Shown here piece after piece: positions 18,686 to 26,414 of a stretch of DNA of 32,000 nucleotides. Location of the stretch: NCBI GenBank assembly GCA_934660865.1, contig CAKUIA010000010.1:60001-92000 (forward strand), written 5' to 3'. Numbering within the stretch: position 1 is the stretch's first letter; every line of letters starts with the position of its first letter. The notes under the pieces are model-generated. The model searched no databases and was not told the DNA's origin. It worked only from the letters and a program-made list of their open reading frames with translations. The stretch is from an uncultured Opitutales bacterium (GTDB lineage: Bacteria; Verrucomicrobiota; Verrucomicrobiia; Opitutales; Intestinicryptomonadaceae). A program made the translations under genes and the position numbers.

Positions 18686-19632
18686 TATTTGTTCAACTCC
18701 TTTAATTCGTTTATCAAATCAATAAAATCCTGCGGTTCTTTTGCCTGAAGCTCCAAATGCCTGCCCTCTATTACGGGGTGGTCGAATGATATTTTTTTTG
18801 CGTGCAGCATAACCCTTTTCGGGGGTGTAAGCTCTTTGAATTTGTTTTTTTGGAAAGAGTAGGTGTAATCGCCCATAATGGGGTAGCCCATATCGGTCAT
18901 GTGCACCCTGATTTGGTGGGTGCGCCCCGTGTGTATGCGGCAGCGCACAAGGGCGGCCATATTGCCGAAGCTTTGCTCTACAACCCAGTCGGTGTGCGCG
19001 TCTCTGCCCGATTTGGCGTCGCATACGCACATTTTTGTCTTAAATGCGGGGTGCCTGCCTATGGGCTTTTTTATAGTTCCGCTGCGCACGGTGGGCACTC
19101 CCGAAATTATCGCCAAATACTCTTTTTTTACCTGCCTGTTCGAAAACATTTCCACAAGCCTAAAATATGCTTCGTCGGTTTTTGCCAAGATCATAATGCC
19201 CGAAGTTTCCTTGTCGAGCCTGTGCACAATTCCCGGTCGCATTGCGCCGCCTGCGCGGCTTAGGTTGCCCTTTGTGTAGAACTGCATTGCGTGTACCAAT
19301 GTATCGTTGCCCGTTCCGCTGCCGGGGTGCACAACCATATAGGGGGGCTTGTTTACAACAACAATATGCTCGTCTTCGTAGACGATTTCTACGGGAATGT
19401 CTACCCCCTCTATTTCGGTGGAGGGCGGAGGCGGAAGCTCTACTAAAACTTCGTCGTTGGGGTTTAATATAAACTTTTTGGGTATGGGTTTGCCGTCGAA
19501 AAGCACCTTGTTTTCGTCGAACTGCCTTTCGAGCTTTGTCCTTGAAGTTTGCTGCTTAAAATATTCCGCCAACGCCTTGTCGGCGCGCGCGGGGGCGGCG
19601 TCTTCGGGGTGTATGTAAACGGTTTTGTCCAT
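18685..19632 (-). CDS. rluD: RluA/RluD-family 23S rRNA pseudouridine synthase
   Basis: It has an S4-like N-terminal domain, the catalytic motif HRLDKETSGIMILAKT, and GRTHQIRVHM. It shares TAATG junctions with both flanking genes. Confidence 0.9.
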   Translation of the reverse strand: MDKTVYIHPEDAAPARADKALAEYFKQQTSRTKLERQFDENKVLFDGKPIPKKFILNPNDEVLVELPPPPSTEIEGVDIPVEIVYEDEHIVVVNKPPYMVVHPGSGTGNDTLVHAMQFYTKGNLSRAGGAMRPGIVHRLDKETSGIMILAKTDEAYFRLVEMFSNRQVKKEYLAIISGVPTVRSGTIKKPIGRHPAFKTKMCVCDAKSGRDAHTDWVVEQSFGNMAALVRCRIHTGRTHQIRVHMTDMGYPIMGDYTYSFQKNKFKELTPPKRVMLHAKKISFDHPVIEGRHLELQAKEPQDFIDLINELKELNK

Positions 19633-20744
19633 TATCTTTTAAGCAAAGAGTCGGGGTTTAAGCCCAAAAGGCTCTTTTCGACAAAAAGGCCGTTTTTGCG
19701 TATAAGTTTGTCGTCGAAATATATTTCGCCGCCGCCGTATTCGGGCGTTTGTATGCAAACTAAATCCCAGTGAATTTTAGAGCGGTTGCCGTTGTCGGCC
19801 TCTTCGTAGGCCTGGCCGGGGGTAAAGTGGAACGACCCCGAAATCTTTTCGTCGAAAAGAATGTCGAGCATTGGCTTTTTTATGTAGGGGTTAACTCCCA
19901 GCGCAAATTCGCCCACATAAGAGGCTCCCTCGTCGCACGAGAAAATAGAGTTTAGCTTTTTGTTGTCGCCCGAGCATGTTGCCTTTACTATTTTGCCGTT
20001 TTTAAAGGTAAGGCAAACGTTTTCGAACGAAGTTCCCTGATATATGGAGGGGGCCGTGTAAAAAACCGTTCCGTTTACGCTGTCTTTTACGGGGGCCGTA
20101 TACACCTCGCCGTCGGGAATGTTGTACTGGCCGCCGCATGGAATTGCGGGAATGTTTTTTATCGAAAAGCTCAAGTCGGTATTTTTGCCCGTAATCCTGA
20201 CCTTGTCGGTTTTTTCCATAAGTTTTTTCAATGCCTGCATTGGCTTGTCGAACTTGGAATAGTCGAATGTGCAAACCTTAAAATAAAAGTCGGCAAACTG
20301 CTCGGTAGACATTCTTGCCTGCTGTGCCATTGCGGGGGTGGGCCAGCGCAATACAACCCACTTTGTTTTCGAAACGCGCCAGTCGCAAACCGCCTTTAAT
20401 GCCGACTGCACTTTCGACATTTGCCTGGGGCTAATAAGCGAGCTTTCGTAGATATTGTTCGAGCCCCTTATCGCAATGTAGGCCTGCATGTTTTTCATTC
20501 TGAACATTTCGAATGCGCTGCGAGCCTTAAGCTCTTCGTCGGAGGCTTGCGCGTTTAATTCGGCGTTTATGCGCTCGTCGTTTATGTTTACAAACGCGTT
20601 TGCCTTGCGGCGGCGAACCTCTTTTATAAGAGCCTTCACCATTTCCGGCGGTGTTTCGAACATATCCAAAAGGACGTTTTCGCCCTTTTTCAGATTAACC
20701 GAATGCCCGCAAAGTGTCTTTGCCAAATCTTCGTATTCGCCCAT
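19632..20744 (-). CDS. M29-family (AmpS/PepS-type) aminopeptidase
   Basis: The 370-aa protein carries VNLKKGENVLLD, the NIPDGEVYTAP metal-site context, and GVNP....DILFDEKISGSFHFTPG. Confidence 0.85.
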   Translation of the reverse strand: MGEYEDLAKTLCGHSVNLKKGENVLLDMFETPPEMVKALIKEVRRRKANAFVNINDERINAELNAQASDEELKARSAFEMFRMKNMQAYIAIRGSNNIYESSLISPRQMSKVQSALKAVCDWRVSKTKWVVLRWPTPAMAQQARMSTEQFADFYFKVCTFDYSKFDKPMQALKKLMEKTDKVRITGKNTDLSFSIKNIPAIPCGGQYNIPDGEVYTAPVKDSVNGTVFYTAPSIYQGTSFENVCLTFKNGKIVKATCSGDNKKLNSIFSCDEGASYVGEFALGVNPYIKKPMLDILFDEKISGSFHFTPGQAYEEADNGNRSKIHWDLVCIQTPEYGGGEIYFDDKLIRKNGLFVEKSLLGLNPDSLLKR

Positions 20745-20751
20745 AATGCGC

Positions 20752-21579
20752 CTAAAGTTTTTTCAAGTTAAACGTTGTGTTTGCTTCTTTGCCCAAATTT
20801 TCGGGCTTAAAAATATTATCGTCCAGATTTTCGTTTAAAGCCGCCCTTATTATCGAAAACTTGTCGCGGTCGCGCGAAATCTCGTCGCGTATTTCGGCGT
20901 TTTTCATAATCCAATAGTCGCCTATTTTCTTTACCGAGCCGAGTGTAAAGCTGCGCTGGACAATGCCGCTTTCGTCTAAAATTTGCGTTAAAACGGGGTG
21001 GTTAAATTCGCGGCTAAGCGCAATTTTTACGTCGGGCAAAACTCCCTTTTTGGGGCTTTTTGCAAGGAATAGATACGCCGCCTGCCCGATTCTTACGGGT
21101 TCGATATACTCGCCCTCCCAAAACTTATACGGGGTAAGTATGTCGAAATATGTATAGATAAGGCCGCTTTTTATGGGGCTGTTAAGCGCGCTTTCGGGTA
21201 TTTTTGCAAGGGCATTGTCTGCAAACTTGTATGCGCAAATGTTGTTGGCGTTGTCTCTTAAAAAAAGGTAGTCGCACGTTTTGCCGCCGCCTTTTAGCGT
21301 AAGCCTTATAAGCGTTTGGCCCGAAAATTCCCTGCCGTACATGGTGCCGAAATATTCCATTTCTTCGGCCTGGCGGGGGTAGTGCGTAAGCTTAAAGTCG
21401 AAAACAAAGGTTTTTGCCTGAACCGACTGCGAAAATGTTGCCCACCTTTGCGCCGCGCTTTCGGCCGAAATTTTTTGCACTTTCGGGTTAAGCGAAGCCG
21501 ACGGCAACGCTTCAAGCGCCTGTGTGCAGACAAAAATGAGCGTCAAAAAGACGCCCACAAGATGTCGAAAATTTTTCAT
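20752..21579 (-). CDS. Exported LolA-like / outer-membrane lipoprotein-sorting-like protein
   Basis: It has a signal peptide (MKNFRHLVGVFLTLIFVCTQALEA). The C-terminal half resembles the LolA_like (PF17131-type) pattern (YLFLAKSPKKG, IGDYWIMKNAEIRDE). I assigned it from memory of the family profile only. Confidence 0.5.
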   Translation of the reverse strand: MKNFRHLVGVFLTLIFVCTQALEALPSASLNPKVQKISAESAAQRWATFSQSVQAKTFVFDFKLTHYPRQAEEMEYFGTMYGREFSGQTLIRLTLKGGGKTCDYLFLRDNANNICAYKFADNALAKIPESALNSPIKSGLIYTYFDILTPYKFWEGEYIEPVRIGQAAYLFLAKSPKKGVLPDVKIALSREFNHPVLTQILDESGIVQRSFTLGSVKKIGDYWIMKNAEIRDEISRDRDKFSIIRAALNENLDDNIFKPENLGKEANTTFNLKKL

Positions 21580-21588
21580 AAAAAATTT

Positions 21589-21996
21589 TTATTTTTTTGG
21601 CGCCTCTTTTGCGGGAGCTTGTGGCTTTGCCGCATTTTGCGTGTCTGCCTTGTTTTCGACAGGGGCGGTTTTAGGCATTGCGGGCACTGCCGGCTGCGTT
21701 TGCGTTACGGCCTCAAGCGTGGGGGCTTTAACCTGGGTTGGCGTTGCGCTGGAGGCATATATGTAGCCCAAATACAGGCACAAGCCCAAAATGAAGTACC
21801 AAACAATGCACTTTACAGTTACTTTTGTTAAGATGTTCGACGTTTCGCCGCCGAAAGCCGATTCTGCCGCGCCGCCGCCGAGGCTTGCGCCCATACCCGC
21901 GTCGGCATTGGGCCTTTGCATAAGTATTACAAATACAACGAATATGCAAAGAAGCACCATTATAAAAGAGAATATTCCTAAAAGTATAGCTGCCAT
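21589..21996 (-). CDS. secG: Preprotein translocase subunit SecG with a low-complexity C-terminal tail
   Basis: The SecG core has two TM helices flanking MQRPNADAGMGASLGGGAAESAFGG. It is followed by about 55 aa rich in Ala, Pro, Thr, Lys and Gln. Confidence 0.8.
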   Translation of the reverse strand: MAAILLGIFSFIMVLLCIFVVFVILMQRPNADAGMGASLGGGAAESAFGGETSNILTKVTVKCIVWYFILGLCLYLGYIYASSATPTQVKAPTLEAVTQTQPAVPAMPKTAPVENKADTQNAAKPQAPAKEAPKK

Positions 21997-22004
21997 ATTT
22001 ATAT

Positions 22005-22033
22005 TATATAGTTATCTGTTCAATACAATACAA
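22005..22033 (-). promoter_or_regulatory. Putative sigma70-type promoter of the secG operon, apparently leaderless
   Basis: On the minus strand this reads TTGTAT, a 17-nt spacer, TATATA, then 8 nt to the secG ATG at 21996. No Shine-Dalgarno motif is present. Confidence 0.3.
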
Positions 22034-22054
22034 GTTTTGCACGATAGGCAACAT

Positions 22055-23521
22055 TTATTTTTCAAAATTCGCATCGGAAACAACCGCGCTTTCGGGCGGC
22101 ACAACAAGCCTGTTTAGCCCCAGCGGATTCGGATATTGCGAAAGCATTGCGCTGAAATCCGAATCGCGGGCTTTGCCGAAGAAATTTTGCCTGCACAAAA
22201 ACCCGGTTTTTGCCAGGCGCCCCGCGTATGCGCCGCCGCCTGAAAGCCTTTTTATGTCGGCTAAAACCTGGCGCAAAAGCCCGTTTGTAGAGGGCACTTC
22301 GTTGTCGGTGCAAATGTATGCGTTTATCGTTTTGTACAAAGGCGATTTTTCGGAAAGCTCAAGCCAAAGGGCGTTGTCGGAAAGGAACAATTCGTCGCCT
22401 TTGTCCAAAACTTTTAGCGCGCAGGCCAATATGTCTTTGCCGTTTAAGGCAATGGCGGCGTCCGTCAACGCCCTGGCGCACAGCGCATATTCGTTTGCCC
22501 CCGCAAAAGTTTTGCTGTCGAAATTTGTCTTAAGCGAATTAAACTGGCATTTTTGCGAAAGATTGCGGCATATTGCCCTTGCAAAATTTGCGTATTTTTC
22601 GCCGCCGCCAAGCTTATATGCCGTTGCCTGCACGCTTAATGCCAGCGCATTTTCGGCCACAAGGTTTTTGCTTTCGGGCGGGGTAAATACACCGTTTTCG
22701 TCTATAAAGGCCGAGCACTTTTCGGCAAAGCGCATGAATATGTCGCGCGCCTGCCGCGAGTCGAACAATATGGCAAATTCGCCTATTGCAAGGGCGTATT
22801 GCGCGTGTTCTATAAAGTTTTCGCTTTTCAACACAAAACCGTTTAGCAGCTGCGATTTTGCAAGAAGCGCACTTTGCGCGCAAAAGGGGTTGTTTGCGTC
22901 GAAAAACGCCGTTCTAAACGACACTTTTTCCGCGTTCGCCAAAAGCGCGGCTTTGTGTTTGGTGTTTGCCTGCCCCGACATAAAGAACGAGAACAGTGCG
23001 CCGCCGTCGTCCTTAAACGGGCCAAGCTGCGTGAAATTTCTGTCGAAAAACACCCTTTTGGGAAGCTTGTCGAAATGCTTTTTGTTTGTTTTGTAGGCGT
23101 TTAGCGCGCCCGAAAGAGCCGTCTTTAGCGAGGGGGCAAAGAAAGTGTCGTAGCCGCCCAAATGGCCGCTTAAAAATACGGGAAGCATTTTGGGTGTTAA
23201 AACGCCGTATGCCAGTTTGCCGTTTAGCCCGCCGTTTTTTGCGGCGCATTGCAATGCCCTATAGTCGGCGCCAAATTCGTCTATTTTTGCCGACACAAAG
23301 TTTTCGGATATTATTTGCCTTGCGGTATTGTCTATATTGCCGATGTTTTCGGTATGGAAAAATACGGGCATATCCCTTTCATTTGCCGCGGCGAAATTGC
23401 CCCAGTTTGCCGAATTTGCCCCGTCTATAGTTTCGGGTTTTTTGCCCAGCACGGCCTTTAGCGCAAAAAATACGCTAAGAACCGCAAAACCGGCCGCCAA
23501 GAATTTTCTTAAAAAACCCAT
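22055..23521 (-). CDS. Membrane-anchored YyaL/DUF255-like protein lacking the thioredoxin-type cysteines
   Basis: It has an N-terminal TM anchor. The blocks DMPVFFHTENIG and ISENFVSAKIDEFGADY align by eye with the KPVLVSIGYS and LNENFVSIKVDREERPD blocks of YyaL. The CHWCH segment between those blocks is missing. The rest is Ala/Leu-rich and helical, consistent with an alpha/alpha barrel. Confidence 0.45.
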   Translation of the reverse strand: MGFLRKFLAAGFAVLSVFFALKAVLGKKPETIDGANSANWGNFAAANERDMPVFFHTENIGNIDNTARQIISENFVSAKIDEFGADYRALQCAAKNGGLNGKLAYGVLTPKMLPVFLSGHLGGYDTFFAPSLKTALSGALNAYKTNKKHFDKLPKRVFFDRNFTQLGPFKDDGGALFSFFMSGQANTKHKAALLANAEKVSFRTAFFDANNPFCAQSALLAKSQLLNGFVLKSENFIEHAQYALAIGEFAILFDSRQARDIFMRFAEKCSAFIDENGVFTPPESKNLVAENALALSVQATAYKLGGGEKYANFARAICRNLSQKCQFNSLKTNFDSKTFAGANEYALCARALTDAAIALNGKDILACALKVLDKGDELFLSDNALWLELSEKSPLYKTINAYICTDNEVPSTNGLLRQVLADIKRLSGGGAYAGRLAKTGFLCRQNFFGKARDSDFSAMLSQYPNPLGLNRLVVPPESAVVSDANFEK

Positions 23522-23604
23522 ACTTGCTAAGACACTTGATTCGCGTATTTGTGCCCGACTTTTTTAGATTGCTTGACTTGCCAGTTTTTTTCGGGGAAAT
23601 TCGT

Positions 23605-24993
23605 ATGTATATGAATTTTATATTGTCGGCTTTGGGAAGAATTTTTGCGATAACGCCCGATTTTATATTGAGGGGCTTGTGCCTGTTTTCGGCGGAATTT
23701 ATTTGTGTGTTTATGCCGCGCCGCAAACGCGTTTTGTATTCGAACATAAAAAAGTGCTTCCCGCACATACCGTTTAAAAAGGTAAGGGCAATAGCAAAAG
23801 AGTCGTCGGCAAGAACGGTTGAAATGGCGCTGTTTGTTTTGGCGAGCCCGTATTTGTCGGACAGCGAGCTGCGCAAAAGGTTTAAGCTTTCGGATATGGT
23901 TGTGCAAAACCTGAAAAGATATGCCGAAAATCCGAAGCCGCTTGTTTTGCTAGTTCCGCATTTTTGCATGATGGAGGCCATTACAATGCTGCCCGTTTTG
24001 CACGACGGCAAAACCCCTAAAACGGGGGTGTTTTACCGCCCATTTAATTCTGCGGGGCTGGAAAAATGGATTAAAAAAAGCCGCTCGCGCTTCGGCATAA
24101 ATTTGATTTCGCGTCGAAACGGATTCGGCAGGGCGTTCGAAATTTTGGGCGAAAACGGCTGCATGGCGGTGCTGTTCGACCAAAACCCGCTAACTGCGGG
24201 GTATCTTACCTGGTTTTTCGACATGGTTTGCTATACCTCGCATTTGGCGGGTATGCTGGTTAAAAAAAGCAATGCCGACTGCGCCGTGTTTTACGCGCGG
24301 CGCACGGGCTTTTGGCGGGCAACCATAGACGGCGAGTTTTTAAACGCAACCGAGGTGGAAGACGTTGTAAAAGAATCGAATCTATGGCTGCAGTTGCACA
24401 TGAAGGCCGACTTGAGCACCGCCGAAGACTGGCTTTGGCTGCACAATAGATGGAAGTGCAAGCGCAACATAGGCGAATGTCTGAACCTAAAACACTCTAA
24501 AGACTTGCTGGACTATACGTTGCCCGAAAAATTCAACGGGGTGTATCCGCGCAAGCTAAAATATTTTATAACAATGCCCGACAGCGCAAGCGATGCAACA
24601 GCCCTTTTGCCGCTTGTCGAAAAAATGTACAATTCACGCCGAGACGCCGACATTGTTCTTTTGTGCCGAAAGGGCGTATATTACTCCTTAAAAGACGCAA
24701 AAATAGAATTCGACCTGATTAAAATGCCCGAAAAGCGCGGCGGCATTTTAAGGTATTACAAGGGGCTTATCGCCCTGCGCGACACATTCCCCGACGTGCA
24801 TTTTGTATTCGATACAAGCGGCAAAAGCGATTTCGAAACATGGCTGATAGGGGCGTTTGTTACTGTTGGAATATCCGAAACGGGAAAGAACAAAAAGCTA
24901 AAGTGCCCCTTTGTTTTAAAAGAGGGCGACCGCGATTTGCCTTTGTACGGCAAGATAGAAAAAATGCTTTTGTTTTGCGGCCTAAAAGAATAG
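23605..24993 (+). CDS. Fusion protein: LpxL/HtrB-type lipid A late acyltransferase joined to the N-terminal half of a GT9 (heptosyltransferase-like) fold
   Basis: The acyltransferase part has the HX4E motif (PHFCMME) and the family-typical end WLWLHNRWK. The C-terminal 170 aa or so (KYFITMPDSASDATALLPLVEKMYNSRRDADIVLL, RDTFPDVHFVFDTSGKSDFETWLIGAFVTVGIS, LPLYGKIEKMLLFCGL) resemble only the N-terminal Rossmann domain of GT9. The start is ambiguous between 23605 and 23611. The ORF-track start at 23524 would leave 2 nt to the divergent gene. Confidence 0.7.
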   Translation: MYMNFILSALGRIFAITPDFILRGLCLFSAEFICVFMPRRKRVLYSNIKKCFPHIPFKKVRAIAKESSARTVEMALFVLASPYLSDSELRKRFKLSDMVVQNLKRYAENPKPLVLLVPHFCMMEAITMLPVLHDGKTPKTGVFYRPFNSAGLEKWIKKSRSRFGINLISRRNGFGRAFEILGENGCMAVLFDQNPLTAGYLTWFFDMVCYTSHLAGMLVKKSNADCAVFYARRTGFWRATIDGEFLNATEVEDVVKESNLWLQLHMKADLSTAEDWLWLHNRWKCKRNIGECLNLKHSKDLLDYTLPEKFNGVYPRKLKYFITMPDSASDATALLPLVEKMYNSRRDADIVLLCRKGVYYSLKDAKIEFDLIKMPEKRGGILRYYKGLIALRDTFPDVHFVFDTSGKSDFETWLIGAFVTVGISETGKNKKLKCPFVLKEGDRDLPLYGKIEKMLLFCGLKE

Positions 24994-25030
24994 CGGCGCT
25001 TTTTGTATAAGGCAAAAAATCGGTAAAACA

Positions 25031-25070
25031 AAAAAGCCCTTTCCAAAGCGGGAAGGGCTTTTTGTATTTT
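25031..25070. terminator. Bidirectional rho-independent terminator between convergent genes
   Basis: A 9-bp stem pairs GCCCTTTCC (25036-25044) with GGGAAGGGC (25050-25058) around a 5-nt loop. An A-tract lies upstream and TTTTTGTATTTT lies downstream, so either strand gives a hairpin followed by a U-run. Confidence 0.7.
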
Positions 25071-25083
25071 GCGTATTTGCAGC

Positions 25084-26379
25084 CTACGCCTTTGCGCCTA
25101 CTTTGTCTTTTAGCGCCTTTGCCGCAGTAAGAACAAGCGTTGTAAGGTTTGCGCCGTATTCGAACGGGGCCGAAAGCTTGCCTTTGCCGCAGATTGCGTT
25201 AAGCCAGTTAAGGTGGTGGTTGTCTTTTTCTATCTTTTCGCCGAATTCGCTATTAAGCTCGTCGGCGTATTTTTTGCCGAATTTGCGCGGCAACAACACG
25301 GGCTTGCCGCCCAAGTGCATTGCGGGCGAATACAGCACGCCCCTTGTGCCTATAATAAGCTGGCCGTCGCCGCAAAGGCGGTTAAAGGGCAAGTCTATGT
25401 CGTCGGGTATTATCGGCAGCAGGTCTTTTTGTATTTGCTCGTAGTATTTTTCGCCGGGCTTTACGTTCTTAAAGCCGGCGTACCAGTCTATCTGAACGGG
25501 GCTGTTTTTCTGGAATTTGCTGTTTGCGAACATTCTTATATGGTCGCACATGGGAATGGAAATTTCGTTGCCGCCAACCTGGTTTACGCAAATTGCGCTA
25601 AAGGGGCCTTCAAGCTCCAAAGCGTAGAATGGTATGTCGAGTATGTGCGACGAAATGTCGCCTATAGCTCCGTTCGAAAAACGCCAAAACGGCCTCCAAA
25701 ACTGGTCTACATATTTATGGTTGTAGGGTATGTATTCGGCGTTTTCGCCGAGCCAGCCCTTCCAGTCTAGCCCCTGCGGTATGGGTTCTTCGGGATAGTA
25801 GCTTTGCATTGCGCAGCCCGCCCACGATTTAGACCTTATTGCGATAACCCTTTTTATGTCGCCTAAAATGCCCTTGCGTATTACGTGCGAGCAAATTCTG
25901 ATGCCGCGTCTGGAGTGCGACTGTATGCCTAGCTGCAGGCAAAGATTGGGATTTTCGGCTCCAAGCTGTTTTAGGGCCTTTACTTCGTCTAAAACGCGGC
26001 ACATCGGCTTTTCGAGGTAGACGTGCTTTTTTTGCGATATGGCGTATTTTGCTATGGGGAAATGCTGGTGGTCGGGCGTGGAGATTACAACGCCGTCTAT
26101 CTTGTCGCCCATTTTGGCGAACATTTCCCTATACGATGTAAAAAACGGGATTTTCTGCGCCGATTCTATTTTTGCCGTAACTGCGGGGTTGATGTCGCAA
26201 ACGGCGACAATGTTGCAGGGCAGCTGGCTGAATATATTGTAGTTTACCTTGCCTATAACGCCCAAGCCTATAAGCGCAATGTTTGGCTTGTTTTGCGCCT
26301 GCGCAAACGCCTTGTACGACATTGCCGCCATTGCCGAAAACGCAGTTGTTTTTATGAAGTTTCTCCTGTTTATTTCCAT
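25084..26379 (-). CDS. Tat-exported Gfo/Idh/MocA-family NAD(P)-dependent oxidoreductase (possibly a GH109-like or glycoside-oxidising enzyme)
   Basis: The twin-arginine signal is MEINRRNFIKTTAFSAMAAMSYKAFAQA. It has the Rossmann motif IALIGLGVIGK and the family EKP motif (VYLEKPM). A strong SD (AGGAGG, plus-strand 26390-26395) lies 10 nt upstream of the ATG. Confidence 0.85.
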   Translation of the reverse strand: MEINRRNFIKTTAFSAMAAMSYKAFAQAQNKPNIALIGLGVIGKVNYNIFSQLPCNIVAVCDINPAVTAKIESAQKIPFFTSYREMFAKMGDKIDGVVISTPDHQHFPIAKYAISQKKHVYLEKPMCRVLDEVKALKQLGAENPNLCLQLGIQSHSRRGIRICSHVIRKGILGDIKRVIAIRSKSWAGCAMQSYYPEEPIPQGLDWKGWLGENAEYIPYNHKYVDQFWRPFWRFSNGAIGDISSHILDIPFYALELEGPFSAICVNQVGGNEISIPMCDHIRMFANSKFQKNSPVQIDWYAGFKNVKPGEKYYEQIQKDLLPIIPDDIDLPFNRLCGDGQLIIGTRGVLYSPAMHLGGKPVLLPRKFGKKYADELNSEFGEKIEKDNHHLNWLNAICGKGKLSAPFEYGANLTTLVLTAAKALKDKVGAKA

Positions 26380-26414
26380 TTTTTCTGTTCCTCCTAAAAA
26401 ATGCCTGTTGCCTA

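Noticed and set aside
22173-23096. A 307-aa ORF on the plus strand lies opposite the YyaL-like gene.
   Set aside because: It is Ser/Ala/Phe-rich low-complexity sequence, typical of the antisense frame of an Ala/Leu-rich gene. It has no start context or recognisable motif, whereas the minus-strand ORF is longer and has a TM anchor and family-like blocks.
23524-23604. The ORF-track start at 23524 for the LpxL-fusion gene.
   Set aside because: It would put two divergent start codons 2 nt apart with no promoter space. The added 27 residues precede the family-typical N-terminal TM segment, and a TTGACT -35 box lies inside them.
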